This document shows positions 38,846-48,410 of a stretch of 64,000 nt of DNA, one piece after another (within the stretch, counting starts at the first letter, position 1; the number at the start of each line of letters is the position of its first letter). The DNA is taken from NCBI GenBank assembly GCA_018335695.1, contig JAGXRV010000088.1, positions 6,783 through 70,782 of the forward strand. Reading direction: 5' to 3'. The DNA comes from Clostridium sp. Lineage in GTDB: Bacteria; Bacillota; Dethiobacteria; Dethiobacterales; Dethiobacteraceae. The translations under genes were made by a program, and so were the position numbers. Below the pieces are notes generated by a model. That model was given only the letters and a program-made list of their open reading frames with translations. It was not told the origin of the DNA and searched no databases.

Positions 38846-40726
38846 ATGGCTGCGAAAGAGGATGGGCATATCCATGCTAAACTGGCACAGTTGCCGCGCC
38901 GACCCGGTGTCTATCTGTTTAAGGATAGAGAAGGCGGGATTCTTTATGTTGGCAAAGCTGTTGATTTGCGTCAACGTGTACGCTCATATTTTCAGCAGAG
39001 CCAGAAGTTGGCGCCTAAGGTAAGTGTTTTGGTGGAAAAAATCTTTGACTTGGACTATACTGTGACAGACACTGAAGTGGAAGCCTTGATTCTGGAGAGC
39101 AATTTAATAAAAGAGTACAGGCCGCGCTATAATATTGACCTTAAGGATGATAAGCATTATCCGTATTTGAGGATTACCATTCAAGAGACTTTTCCCCGTA
39201 TACATGTGGCCAGACGAGTGGAAAAAGACGGCGCCCGCTATTTTGGACCTTATCCAAATGCCGGTGATGTTAAAGAAACAATCCGTTTGCTGCGCAGATT
39301 ATTTCCGTTACGACATTGCCGTGGTCCTGTGAACAAGAAAACGGCGCAACGTGCGTGTCTGAATCGGCATATAAGCCGTTGCCTTGCCCCTTGTGCAGGT
39401 GATGTGCCTGCAGCGGAATATAACAAGCTTGTGTCTGAGATTTTGCTTTTTCTCGAGGGGAAGCAGGATAAACTGTTAAGTGAATTGGCAGCTAGGATGG
39501 CGGCGGCAGCGGAGAATCTGGAGTTTGAAAAAGCGGCTCTGCTGCGTGACCAGTATCGGGCGGTCGAAGCCATTGCAAATAAACAAAAAGTGGCTGTCAC
39601 AACCGGCGGCGACCGGGATATTATAGCGCTGGCCGCGGACGAGGAGATAGCTTGCGCTCAGTTGTTTGCGGTGCGCGGCGGCAAGGTGACCGGACGTGAA
39701 CATTATTTGCTGACTAATCCTACCGGCGAAGAAGAAGCGGAAATCCTGGCAATATTTTTGCGCCGCTATTATAGCCATGCGAGAGCAGTTCCGCCGGAGA
39801 TTTTGCTCTCCTCTCATCTTGCAGACAGCAAGTTGTTGGCGGAATGGTTGCGGGATCGGCGCGGCGGGCGGGTTGTTCTCTCTGTGCCGAAACGCGGTCC
39901 CAAAAAAGAGTTGGTCAGACTGGCGCTCGATAATGCCCGCTTGTTTTTAGAGCAGGAAGTGCTGAGAAGCAAAGCGCGTGATCCTCAGGCTGTACTGCTT
40001 GACTTAGCAGAAACATTGGGGCTTGACTCCCCACCGCTGCGGATCGAGGGTTATGACAACTCTCATTTGCATGGAGAGGGATTGGTAGGAGCGATGGTTG
40101 TTTTTGAAAATGGAGTTTCTTTGCCGGCAAATTATCGACGCTTTCAGCTTAGGAATGTTGAAAAACCGGATGACTACGCCGCGTTGCAAGAGCTGCTGTC
40201 AAGACGGTTTGCCCGCCTGTTGACTGCGAGAGAAAAGGGAGAGACGGTAGAGAAGGCTACAAGAGACCCGTTCTTGTTAGTTCCGGATTTAATTTTAATA
40301 GATGGCGGACGCGGTCAGCTTAGCGCTGCGCAGGCAATTTTGGCGTCGCTTGGCCTTGATTCGCTGCCCTTAGTTGCTCTGGCAAAAGAAGAGGAATTGC
40401 TTTTTTTGCCCGGTGCTCAAAACCCTTTGCGGCTTGCAAAGCAGTCTCCCGCCTTGCAATTATTGCAGAGGGTGCGTGATGAGGCGCATCGTTTTGTGGT
40501 AACTTATCAGCGGAAACTGCGTCCCGGCGTAAAGGGTTCAACCTTGTTGGCTATTCCTGGAATCGGCGAGAAGCGCAGAAAAGCCCTGCTTAAACATTTT
40601 GGCAGTATTGCCGCAATGCGCAGAGCTACTCTGGAGGAACTGACGGCTGCTCCGACCATGAATCATGCTGCCGCTGAAGCGCTCTATTTTTCTTTGCACG
40701 AAAATGTGCGTGATGATTCAGACTAA
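38846..40726 (+). CDS. uvrC: Excinuclease ABC subunit C
   Basis: GIY-YIG 'GVYLFKD..ILYVGKA', UVR domain, C-terminal (HhH)2. ATG 38846 follows ACGGAGG. Confidence 0.95.
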   Translation: MAAKEDGHIHAKLAQLPRRPGVYLFKDREGGILYVGKAVDLRQRVRSYFQQSQKLAPKVSVLVEKIFDLDYTVTDTEVEALILESNLIKEYRPRYNIDLKDDKHYPYLRITIQETFPRIHVARRVEKDGARYFGPYPNAGDVKETIRLLRRLFPLRHCRGPVNKKTAQRACLNRHISRCLAPCAGDVPAAEYNKLVSEILLFLEGKQDKLLSELAARMAAAAENLEFEKAALLRDQYRAVEAIANKQKVAVTTGGDRDIIALAADEEIACAQLFAVRGGKVTGREHYLLTNPTGEEEAEILAIFLRRYYSHARAVPPEILLSSHLADSKLLAEWLRDRRGGRVVLSVPKRGPKKELVRLALDNARLFLEQEVLRSKARDPQAVLLDLAETLGLDSPPLRIEGYDNSHLHGEGLVGAMVVFENGVSLPANYRRFQLRNVEKPDDYAALQELLSRRFARLLTAREKGETVEKATRDPFLLVPDLILIDGGRGQLSAAQAILASLGLDSLPLVALAKEEELLFLPGAQNPLRLAKQSPALQLLQRVRDEAHRFVVTYQRKLRPGVKGSTLLAIPGIGEKRRKALLKHFGSIAAMRRATLEELTAAPTMNHAAAEALYFSLHENVRDDSD

Positions 40727-41434
40727 AGAGAGATGCGAAGCGGCAAATTGATGGGCAAACTGTTCTGCCGTATTTATTCTTTGCGCACTGATAGGTTGGG
40801 CTCTGCCTGCTTGCCTGGCAGTGAAAATTACACGTCCTAATTCATACAGAATGAGTTGAAGCTGTCTGTTTGCGTCAAAATCGTTGCTGCCGCACAAAAT
40901 TGTATGAGAAGGGAAAAGATACGAAACCGGCTCGGGCATAACATAATTAAGGCAATATATATGCAGTGGAAAACCATTTAAAAATAGGTCTGCCGCCATG
41001 CCCCGGCTTATTACGATATGCAAGGCACTCTTAACCAGTTCAGGTGTCGGCTCTTTCCGTTCAAGCGAGAGGCTAAATTGCGAAAGAAAGAAAAGTTCAT
41101 TTGTTAACCGCTTGCAAGCTAAGTGATATGTCTCGTCCTTACTGTGGCGCAGGCAAGGCTTAGCCGGCGGCAATGAGACAAGTAACTGCCGGATCACAAA
41201 CAGCATAGTTCCTTCGCGTCCGGTCAGGCAGAGGGCACTCCCTTCTGTAGCCGGAAGCCGGCCGATTAATTCATGCCAAATTCCCCGCAATTCTTCTCGT
41301 TCAAGTGCTAACAGTGCCAAGCCGTAGTCACTATCTTTTGCGCCCTCCTCAAGAGTTTCGAGGATATCTAAAATATAGTCTGTTGCCCACTTAACCGGCT
41401 CAGCAGTAAAAATATGCTTCGATCTTGATGTCAA
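40718..41434 (-). CDS. Hypothetical protein (orphan, no family recognised)
   Basis: 238-aa ORF. TTG start 6 nt after GGGAGGGA. Its 3' end overlaps the uvrC 3' end by 9 nt. Confidence 0.6.
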   Translation of the reverse strand: MTSRSKHIFTAEPVKWATDYILDILETLEEGAKDSDYGLALLALEREELRGIWHELIGRLPATEGSALCLTGREGTMLFVIRQLLVSLPPAKPCLRHSKDETYHLACKRLTNELFFLSQFSLSLERKEPTPELVKSALHIVISRGMAADLFLNGFPLHIYCLNYVMPEPVSYLFPSHTILCGSNDFDANRQLQLILYELGRVIFTARQAGRAQPISAQRINTAEQFAHQFAASHLSLV

Positions 41435-41640
41435 GGCAGTCCCTCCCGGTTGGAAACTAACTCCCGGTTGTTGGATTCATTCATCTTGACCCGGAAGAAA
41501 AGTGGATGTCTGTGTTAGTATTCTGCTGCGGCTCGAAATTATGTTGTGAAACAAACGGCAATTCTTGATATTTTCGTCAGCCTTTTACATCTTTCAAGAC
41601 AGACATGCCGCCTGCGGCACCATCGGAAGGATGAAAATAC

Positions 41641-41673
41641 CCCTCACCCTGACCCTCTCCCAGAGGGAGAGGG
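41641..41673. repeat. Repeat locus E (single family-1 element)
   Basis: 'ccctcaccctgaccctctcccagagggagaggg'. Confidence 0.85.
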
Positions 41674-41741
41674 CATTTTCAGGGTAGCGTCTAAAGGAAT
41701 CGGGAAAGTTGTGTCGAACCATAAAACTGGAGGTGGCTGAT

Positions 41742-42086
41742 ATGCGGGGTTTTTTGTGGCGGTGGGTTTTTAATGCAGCGGCGCTCTACTTTGCCGCGTA
41801 TATTCTTGAGGGCATCAATATTGACAGTGTTGCTGCTGCTTTGGTTGCAGCGCTGCTCTGGGGAATTGTTAATACAGTAATCCGGCCTCTGATCAATTTG
41901 GTTACGCTGCCTATTAATATTATGACACTTGGTCTGTTTACTCTGGTAGTAAACGGGTTTTTGCTTTGGCTGGTAGCTGATGTGGTAAAGGGGTTTAGCA
42001 TTGACAGTATTTGGGTTGGAATCGTCGGTGCGTTGCTCTTGTCGATTATTAGTAGTGTTCTTAGTCTTCTGTTTAAAGACAAATAA
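41742..42086 (+). CDS. Small 4-TM membrane protein of the 'phage holin family IV'/YvlD-like type
   Basis: 114 aa with four hydrophobic segments. 'AAALYFAAYILEGI', 'LLWGIVNTVIRPLI'. RBS GGAGGTGG. Confidence 0.75.
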   Translation: MRGFLWRWVFNAAALYFAAYILEGINIDSVAAALVAALLWGIVNTVIRPLINLVTLPINIMTLGLFTLVVNGFLLWLVADVVKGFSIDSIWVGIVGALLLSIISSVLSLLFKDK

Positions 42087-42100
42087 TAACGAGGTAGCAA

Positions 42101-42922
42101 GTGGCAAGCAATTTTAAAATTTTGGCATTGGATCTGGATGATACTTTATTGGGAGCAGATTTTCAGATATCGGCTGAAAATCGTCATGCTATCCGCCGTG
42201 CTGCAGCGAGCGGCGTATTAGTCACGTTGGCCACGGGAAGAATGTTTCGTTCCGCTTTGCCATACGCAAAACAGTTGCAGATTGATTTACCGCTCATTAC
42301 ATATCACGGTGCGTTGATTCGCACGGCAGTCGGGGAGGAAACTCTCTGCCACAGACCTGTTCCGCTTGGCTTGGCTAGGCAGGTTGCGGCAATAGCTGAG
42401 GCCGGTAATTATCATCTTAATGCCTACATTAATGACGAACTGTTTGTTGCCAAAGAAAATGAGCTCTCGCGCTATTACCAGCAATTGGCAAATGTAAAGG
42501 TTTCTGCGGTAGGCAATTTGTCCGCTTTTTTGGAAACGCCTCCTACCAAATTAACTGTTATTGGCAGCGAAAGCAGCTTGGCTGAAATTAAAGATGCACT
42601 GATTGCAAGCTTTGGCAATGAACTGGCGATTGTGATTTCACGACCCAATTTTCTGGAGATTACCGACCGTTTAGCCACAAAAGGTCAGGCGCTCCATTTT
42701 TTGGCGGAAATGCTGAATATTCCGCGAGAGCAAGTGGCGGCCGTCGGTGACAGCTATAACGATCTGGACATGATTCTTTATGCCGGCTTTGGTGTCGCTG
42801 TAGCCAATGCCCGAGAAGAAGTAAAGTCGGTGGCTGATATAATCACGGCAAAAAATACGGACCATGGCGTGGCCGTTTTTATTAAGCAATACCTTTTTGA
42901 TGAGAAGGAGGAAAATTTTTAA
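42101..42922 (+). CDS. Cof-type HAD-IIB phosphatase
   Basis: 'LALDLDDTLL' (DxD), 'TGR', 'GDSYNDLDM'. Confidence 0.85.
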   Translation: MASNFKILALDLDDTLLGADFQISAENRHAIRRAAASGVLVTLATGRMFRSALPYAKQLQIDLPLITYHGALIRTAVGEETLCHRPVPLGLARQVAAIAEAGNYHLNAYINDELFVAKENELSRYYQQLANVKVSAVGNLSAFLETPPTKLTVIGSESSLAEIKDALIASFGNELAIVISRPNFLEITDRLATKGQALHFLAEMLNIPREQVAAVGDSYNDLDMILYAGFGVAVANAREEVKSVADIITAKNTDHGVAVFIKQYLFDEKEENF

Positions 42923-43935
42923 TGACAGAGAAGGAAGTGCGAGACAGTGCCAGAGAAAAACTAAAAGGCTTTTGCCGAGTATGTCCTCGCTGTGACGGGA
43001 GAGTGTGCGCCGGTGAAGTGCCCGGTATCGGCGGTGTGTTAAGTGGTTCTGCGTTTAGTAATAACTGTGAAGCGCTGGCCATGTATCATATCAATATGCG
43101 TACCATCCACCAGGTTGATGAGCCTAATACGGCTGTTAAAGTATTTGGCAAATCTTTTGACACACCTGTTTTTGTGGCGCCACTCACCGGTGCCTCATAT
43201 AACCTTGGCGGTGCGCTTACGGAGGCGGAGATGATCTCCTGCCTTGTGAGAGGAGCAAAGGAGGCAGGCTCTTTCTCTTTTAGCGGCGACGGAGCGGAAG
43301 AAGACATCTATGCTTCCGGACTGGAAGCGATTAGCGCCGCCGGAGGCAGCGGTATCCCGATTATTAAACCGCGTTCCATGGAGGCTATTGCCGCACGAAT
43401 TCGCCAGGCGGAAGAAAGCGGTGCTTTCGCGGTGGGCATTGATCTGGATGGAGCAGGGCTTGTGACCATGGCCTTAAAGGGTCAGCCGGTAGGACCAAAA
43501 ACTTTTTATCAGTTGCGCGAACTGATGAGCTTGACAAAGCTGCCTTTTATTCTGAAAGGAATTATGACGGCTAAGGAAGCTGAAATGGCTCTGGAGCTGG
43601 GGGCGGCTGCTATTGTTATTTCCAATCACGGCGGACGTGTCCTCGATGGAACTCCCGGTGTGGCTGAAGTGCTGCCGGAAATAGTGGAACGGGTAAAGGG
43701 TGAAATATTTGTGTTTGCCGACGGCGGAATTCGCACCGGCATAGATGTGCTGAAAATGCTTGCCTTGGGAGCTAACGCCGTGCTTATCGGACGACCTGCT
43801 CTCTGGGGCGCTTTTGGCGGCGGCTCCGCCGGGGTGAAGTTAATTATTGAGAAGATGACTGCTCAATTGCGTCATGGCATGCTTATGACAGGATGTGTCA
43901 ATATTAAAGCTGTGGACTATCATGTGATTTACTAA
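42922..43935 (+). CDS. FMN-dependent alpha-hydroxy-acid oxidising enzyme family protein with N-terminal Cys cluster
   Basis: TIM-barrel FMN motifs 'ILKGI', 'ISNHGGR', 'ADGGIRTG'. N-terminal 'CRVCPRCDGRVC'. Confidence 0.85.
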   Translation: MTEKEVRDSAREKLKGFCRVCPRCDGRVCAGEVPGIGGVLSGSAFSNNCEALAMYHINMRTIHQVDEPNTAVKVFGKSFDTPVFVAPLTGASYNLGGALTEAEMISCLVRGAKEAGSFSFSGDGAEEDIYASGLEAISAAGGSGIPIIKPRSMEAIAARIRQAEESGAFAVGIDLDGAGLVTMALKGQPVGPKTFYQLRELMSLTKLPFILKGIMTAKEAEMALELGAAAIVISNHGGRVLDGTPGVAEVLPEIVERVKGEIFVFADGGIRTGIDVLKMLALGANAVLIGRPALWGAFGGGSAGVKLIIEKMTAQLRHGMLMTGCVNIKAVDYHVIY

Positions 43936-43949
43936 GGAGTGCTCTCTGC

Positions 43950-44699
43950 ATGAGAATTCTCGCCGACCTTCATGTCCATACTCTGGCCAGCGGTCACGCC
44001 TACAGTACTATCGGAGAAATTGCGGCAGCAGCCGCCGCAAAGCAGTTGGAATTGGTTGCGATTACAGACCATGGTCCGGCTATGCCCGGCGGCCCTCATG
44101 AGTATTATTTTGGTAATTTGCGTGTATTGCCTGCGGAGATTGACGGAGTTACAATTTTGCGTGGAGCTGAAGTCAATATTCTCGATGAGCATGGCAGGCT
44201 TGATTTGCCTGAAGTATATTTAAAGCAACTGGATGTCGTCTTGGTAGGGTTGCACAATGTTTGTACGGAATTGTTGTGTCGTGAGCGCAATACGCGCGCG
44301 CTCATTTGCGCTATGCAAAACCGGCATGTGGATATTGTTGTCCATCCCGGAAATCCTGATTTTCCAATTATTTTGACAGAAGTAGTCTGCGCCGCGAAGC
44401 GACTGGGTAAGGCTTTGGAGATTAATAACAGTTCTTTTTTTGTGCGTCAAGGCAGCAGCGAAAGCTGTCTGGAGATCGCTCATTTGGCAAGAGAGCATGA
44501 TGTGCTAATCTCAATCAGCAGTGACGCACATTGTGCAGCCGATGTGGGTAAGTTGGAACAGGCACTGGCGCTTGCGCTCCAGGCGGGGATACCGGAAAGC
44601 AATATTATAAATCTAAATGCAGAGCGTGTGAAACGTTTTTTGGCAGGACGAGGCAAAACCCGTTTTGCCCGGGGGGAGGCAGGGCATGGTTTTCTCTAA
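43950..44699 (+). CDS. PHP-family phosphoesterase (YcdX-like)
   Basis: 'DLHVHT..SGHA', 'ITDHGP', 'VVHPGNP', 'SSDAH'. Confidence 0.8.
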   Translation: MRILADLHVHTLASGHAYSTIGEIAAAAAAKQLELVAITDHGPAMPGGPHEYYFGNLRVLPAEIDGVTILRGAEVNILDEHGRLDLPEVYLKQLDVVLVGLHNVCTELLCRERNTRALICAMQNRHVDIVVHPGNPDFPIILTEVVCAAKRLGKALEINNSSFFVRQGSSESCLEIAHLAREHDVLISISSDAHCAADVGKLEQALALALQAGIPESNIINLNAERVKRFLAGRGKTRFARGEAGHGFL

Positions 44700-45372
44700 G
44701 AACGCGGAATCCTTGCAAAAAGTACCGTTTTTTGAGGGTCTTTCTCCTGCAGAACTGGAAACTGTAGCTTGTGTGATGATTGAGCGCTTTTATCCAAAAG
44801 GAACTGTGCTGTTTTTTGAAGGCGACAAAGGAGAGGCTCTTTTTGTTATCCGGCAAGGTCGGATTAAAATCAGTAAAGCTAGTGTCGACGGGCGCGAACA
44901 GATTTTACATATCTTAAAAGACGGTGACATTTTCGCTGAGGTGATTTTATTTGATCAAGGGCCTTACCCGGCAACGGCAGAAGCTGTGGAAGATTCAACT
45001 TGCTGGCTTTTGCGCAGTACTGATATGGGAAAGCTGCTGCAGAGTCAGCCGTTGCTTGCGGTGACATTGCTGAAAATCATGAGCAGGCGTCTGCGCCAGG
45101 CTCAGCTATTGATTCGAGATTTGGCGCTTCACGATGCCTATGGGAGACTGGCCGGGCTGCTGCTGCAGTTTAGTCGGCGTGAAGGCAAAAAAACGGCAGA
45201 CGGAATGCTTCTCGACCTGGAATTGACCAGGCAGGAGATGGCTAGTATGATTGGCACGTCCAGAGAGACGGTAACCAGGATTTTGAGCCGTTTTCAAAAG
45301 GACGGAATTCTAAAGCTGGACAAGCAGCGTATTATCATCCGAGATGAAGAAAAACTCTGTGATTGGACATAA
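44686..45372 (+). CDS. Crp/Fnr-family transcriptional regulator
   Basis: cNMP-binding domain 'LFFEGDKGEALFVIRQGRIKI'. C-terminal HTH 'TRQEMASMIGTSRETVTRIL'. ATG 44686 overlaps the upstream gene by 14 nt. Confidence 0.9.
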   Translation: MVFSKNAESLQKVPFFEGLSPAELETVACVMIERFYPKGTVLFFEGDKGEALFVIRQGRIKISKASVDGREQILHILKDGDIFAEVILFDQGPYPATAEAVEDSTCWLLRSTDMGKLLQSQPLLAVTLLKIMSRRLRQAQLLIRDLALHDAYGRLAGLLLQFSRREGKKTADGMLLDLELTRQEMASMIGTSRETVTRILSRFQKDGILKLDKQRIIIRDEEKLCDWT

Positions 45373-45410
45373 TTTTGGGCACACTACCTAAATAGGGGGT
45401 GCCTTTTTTT

Positions 45411-46142
45411 ATGCGTGCAATTACTGATTTACACACTCATACGCTTTACAGTCATGGGAAAGGAAGCATTGAAGATAATGTGCGTGTGGCAATAAAACGA
45501 GGCTTACAGGCGGTGGGGATAGCAGACCACGGCCCCAGCCATTTTTTTATCGGTATTGGCGGGGTTGATGCCTTTAGGCGGATAAAAAAAGAAATTGAAG
45601 CTCTACGCCATAAGTATCCTGAGGTAAAAATTCTTTTTGGAGTCGAAGCAAATATTGTTGATACTGACGGTACAATTGACGTGGCCGGCAGCATTTTGCA
45701 TGAACTGGATTTTTTGCTGGTCGGCTATCATAAAATGGTTCGACCACGCAGTTTTACTTTTTTGTGGCAGCTTGCTCGTAACTATTGGTCCGGTTGGTCT
45801 AAAACAAGCGATGCTCTGCTGCGCGCGGCTAATACTGCGGCAATTACAGCAGCGGTGCGGCGTTATCCTATAGCAGCGATTACTCATCCAGGTCTGCAGA
45901 TTAATATTGATACTGCCGAACTTGGTCGGGTTTGTAAAGAATATGGCACAGCTTTGGAAATTAACAGTTCCTATGGCAATGAGTTAGAGCCGTATATCAG
46001 TGAGGCGCTTCCCACCGGAGTCGGATTCTTGCTTTGCAGCGATGCGCACGTTTCGGAACGTGTAGGTGATTTTTCGCAAGCGTACCGTTTAGTCCGGCAG
46101 CTGAAGATTCCAGAAGAGCGAATTGTTAATCTGGAAAAATAG
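45411..46142 (+). CDS. PHP-family phosphoesterase (histidinol-phosphatase-like)
   Basis: 'DLHTHTLYSHG', 'IADHGP', 'ITHPG', 'CSDAH'. ATG 45411; a GTG at 45399 is also possible. Confidence 0.8.
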   Translation: MRAITDLHTHTLYSHGKGSIEDNVRVAIKRGLQAVGIADHGPSHFFIGIGGVDAFRRIKKEIEALRHKYPEVKILFGVEANIVDTDGTIDVAGSILHELDFLLVGYHKMVRPRSFTFLWQLARNYWSGWSKTSDALLRAANTAAITAAVRRYPIAAITHPGLQINIDTAELGRVCKEYGTALEINSSYGNELEPYISEALPTGVGFLLCSDAHVSERVGDFSQAYRLVRQLKIPEERIVNLEK

Positions 46143-46228
46143 AGTCTTTAAAAAAGGGAAACTGAGGGTGCGAGCCGAAACTGTTTTAGTAAGAGAGTAG
46201 ACGCACATGTTTTACAAGAGGTGGGTAG

Positions 46229-46342
46229 CCCTCACCCTAACCCTCTCCCAGAGGGAGAGGGGATACATAGGCCTTTAAGAAGGAGAGGGGACACTCTAAT
46301 ACCCTCTCCACCCATTGGGGGAGAGGGCTAGGGTGAGGGGGG
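46229..46342. repeat. Repeat locus F (one family-1 and one family-2 element)
   Basis: 'ccctcaccctaaccctctcccagagggagaggggata' and 'ataccctctccacccattgggggagagggctagggtgagggggg'. Confidence 0.85.
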
Positions 46343-46371
46343 TAAGCTATTTGGAAATTGGGGGGGCGAAG

Positions 46372-47241
46372 ATGTCGGAGAATATTCGTTTTGTGTTAAT
46401 CACCGGACTTTCAGGCGCAGGAAAAAGCCAGGCGATTCGCAGTTTTGAAGATCTGGGCTATTTTTGTATCGATAATTTGCCGCCCATGCTGATTCCTAAG
46501 TTTGCCGAATTAGCGGCTCATTCTGAGGGAAAAATCAACCGCATTGCCCTGGTCTCCGATATTCGTGGCGGCGAGTTTTTTGACAGTCTGCATGAGGCGT
46601 TGCAAATGCTGGAAGAAATCGGCCTTGATTACGAGATTATCTTCCTGGAGGCTGACGACGAGTCGTTGATTCGCCGTTTTAAAGAGACGCGCCGACGCCA
46701 TCCGCTGGCTGCAAAGGGCAGTATTGCAGAAGGAATTAAAGAAGAAAGAAGATTGTTGGCACAAATTCGCAGTAAAGCAGATAAAATAATAGACACCACA
46801 ATGCTTACGCCCCACCAGCTCAAAGAGGAGATTACCTCCCTCTACGCACCGGACAGCGAGCAGGAGAATATTTTAATCACTTTAGTAGCTTTCGGCTTCA
46901 AATACGGGATCCCTTTGGATGCCGATCTGGTTTTTGACGTTCGCTTTCTGCCTAACCCTCATTATGTTGAACATCTGCGTCCTTTGACAGGCAATAACGA
47001 GGAAGTTAAAGAATACGTTTGGAAATGGTCAATTACGCATAAGTTTTTTCAAAAGCTGGTAGATATGATTCAGTTTCTTGTGCCTTGCTATATTAAAGAG
47101 GGAAAACCACAGCTTGTGATCGCTATCGGTTGTACCGGCGGCAAGCATCGTTCCGTTTCAATTGTTAATGAGCTGGAGAAGATTCTCAAAGGGAAAAATT
47201 ACCGCGTGGTAAAAGAGAACAGGGATATTAATAAGTCTTGA
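46372..47241 (+). CDS. rapZ: RNase adapter / nucleotide-binding protein RapZ (YvcJ)
   Basis: 'ITGLSGAGKS', 'FLPNPHY', 'GCTGGKHRSV'. ATG 46372. Confidence 0.93.
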   Translation: MSENIRFVLITGLSGAGKSQAIRSFEDLGYFCIDNLPPMLIPKFAELAAHSEGKINRIALVSDIRGGEFFDSLHEALQMLEEIGLDYEIIFLEADDESLIRRFKETRRRHPLAAKGSIAEGIKEERRLLAQIRSKADKIIDTTMLTPHQLKEEITSLYAPDSEQENILITLVAFGFKYGIPLDADLVFDVRFLPNPHYVEHLRPLTGNNEEVKEYVWKWSITHKFFQKLVDMIQFLVPCYIKEGKPQLVIAIGCTGGKHRSVSIVNELEKILKGKNYRVVKENRDINKS

Positions 47242-47260
47242 GTTTGAGGAGAATTTGACG

Positions 47261-48385
47261 ATGCAAATTCGTGACTTTTTATTTGGTTTAGCCTTAGGGG
47301 GAGCCGCCTTTTTCTTTCCGCGCCGCCTTGGCGGGGTGCGCGGAAAAAACTCAGAGTTGCGGGAGACGCCCTATCAAAAATATTGTCGTGAAAACGGCGC
47401 AAAAGTAGCTGCCATAGGTGGCGGCACCGGACTTTCCACATTGCTGCGCGGATTAAAGAAGTATAGCTCGAATCTATCGGCTATTGTTAATGTCACAGAC
47501 GACGGGGGAAGTTCGGGCTGTTTACGCGAAAAGTTAGCCATCCTGCCTCCCGGGGATATTCGCAATTGCTTGCTTGCGCTCGCCAATACCGAACCACTGC
47601 TGGAAAAGGTATTTCAATATCGGTTTGCCGCAATAGATGGCTTGCAAGGTCATAATTTAGGGAATTTGTTTCTCGCAGCGCTAAGTGATGAATTTGGCTT
47701 TGAGGAAGCGCTGTCAGTCGCCAGTCGTGTGCTGGCAGTTAAAGGTGAAGTGCTGCCGGTGACTCTCGAGAACGTGAACCTTGTCGCGCACTTTGCCGAC
47801 GGCCGCTCGATTCGCGGGGAAAGTCGCATCACTGCTGAGCGCGGGAAAATTTGTCGGCTTTCCTTGGATCCGGATACCTCTCAAATTTATCCGGCGGCAG
47901 CTCAAGCTATTCGGGAAGCAGAAATTATCTTGGTCGGTCCAGGCAGCTTGTACACCAGTGTGCTCGCTAATTTGCTGGTGCCGGGTGTTGTGACAGCTAT
48001 CAGGGAAAGCAAAGCGAGAAAAGTATATATCTGCAATGTAATGACTCAGCCGGGCGAAACGGACAGCTATACCGCAGCCGATCATTTGCAGGCAATTGAT
48101 GAGCATGTGGGTTCAGGTATTTTTGATTTGGTTGTGGTTAATAACAATCTTAATATTCCCGCCTCGCTTTTAGACAAATACCGGCTTGAAGGCTCTGTTC
48201 CGGTGCTTCCTGATGTCGAGCGCTTAACTCAAATGGGGGTGAGCGTTTTGTCCGGCAAATTGATGTCGCATCATGAGCTTGTCCGTCATGATTCAGACGA
48301 ATTGGCCGCTATTATCTTTTCTGAAAACTTGGCCTTTAGCAAGGCTGTTGTTGGGAGGAAAATGAAAGGTAGAGCGCATCGTTAA
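47261..48385 (+). CDS. yvcK: YvcK-family (CofD-like, gluconeogenesis factor) protein
   Basis: 'IGGGTGLSTLLRGLK', 'VTDDGGSSG', 'GPGSLYTS'. Short hydrophobic N-terminus. Confidence 0.9.
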   Translation: MQIRDFLFGLALGGAAFFFPRRLGGVRGKNSELRETPYQKYCRENGAKVAAIGGGTGLSTLLRGLKKYSSNLSAIVNVTDDGGSSGCLREKLAILPPGDIRNCLLALANTEPLLEKVFQYRFAAIDGLQGHNLGNLFLAALSDEFGFEEALSVASRVLAVKGEVLPVTLENVNLVAHFADGRSIRGESRITAERGKICRLSLDPDTSQIYPAAAQAIREAEIILVGPGSLYTSVLANLLVPGVVTAIRESKARKVYICNVMTQPGETDSYTAADHLQAIDEHVGSGIFDLVVVNNNLNIPASLLDKYRLEGSVPVLPDVERLTQMGVSVLSGKLMSHHELVRHDSDELAAIIFSENLAFSKAVVGRKMKGRAHR

Positions 48386-48410
48386 ATAAACGGGGAGTGA
48401 GGTGTGTTGC

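Noticed and set aside
41742-42086. The 'phage holin family' gene as evidence of a prophage or lysis cassette
   Set aside because: There is no endolysin, capsid, tail, terminase, integrase or att-like context. This YvlD-type family is widespread as a chromosomal housekeeping membrane protein.
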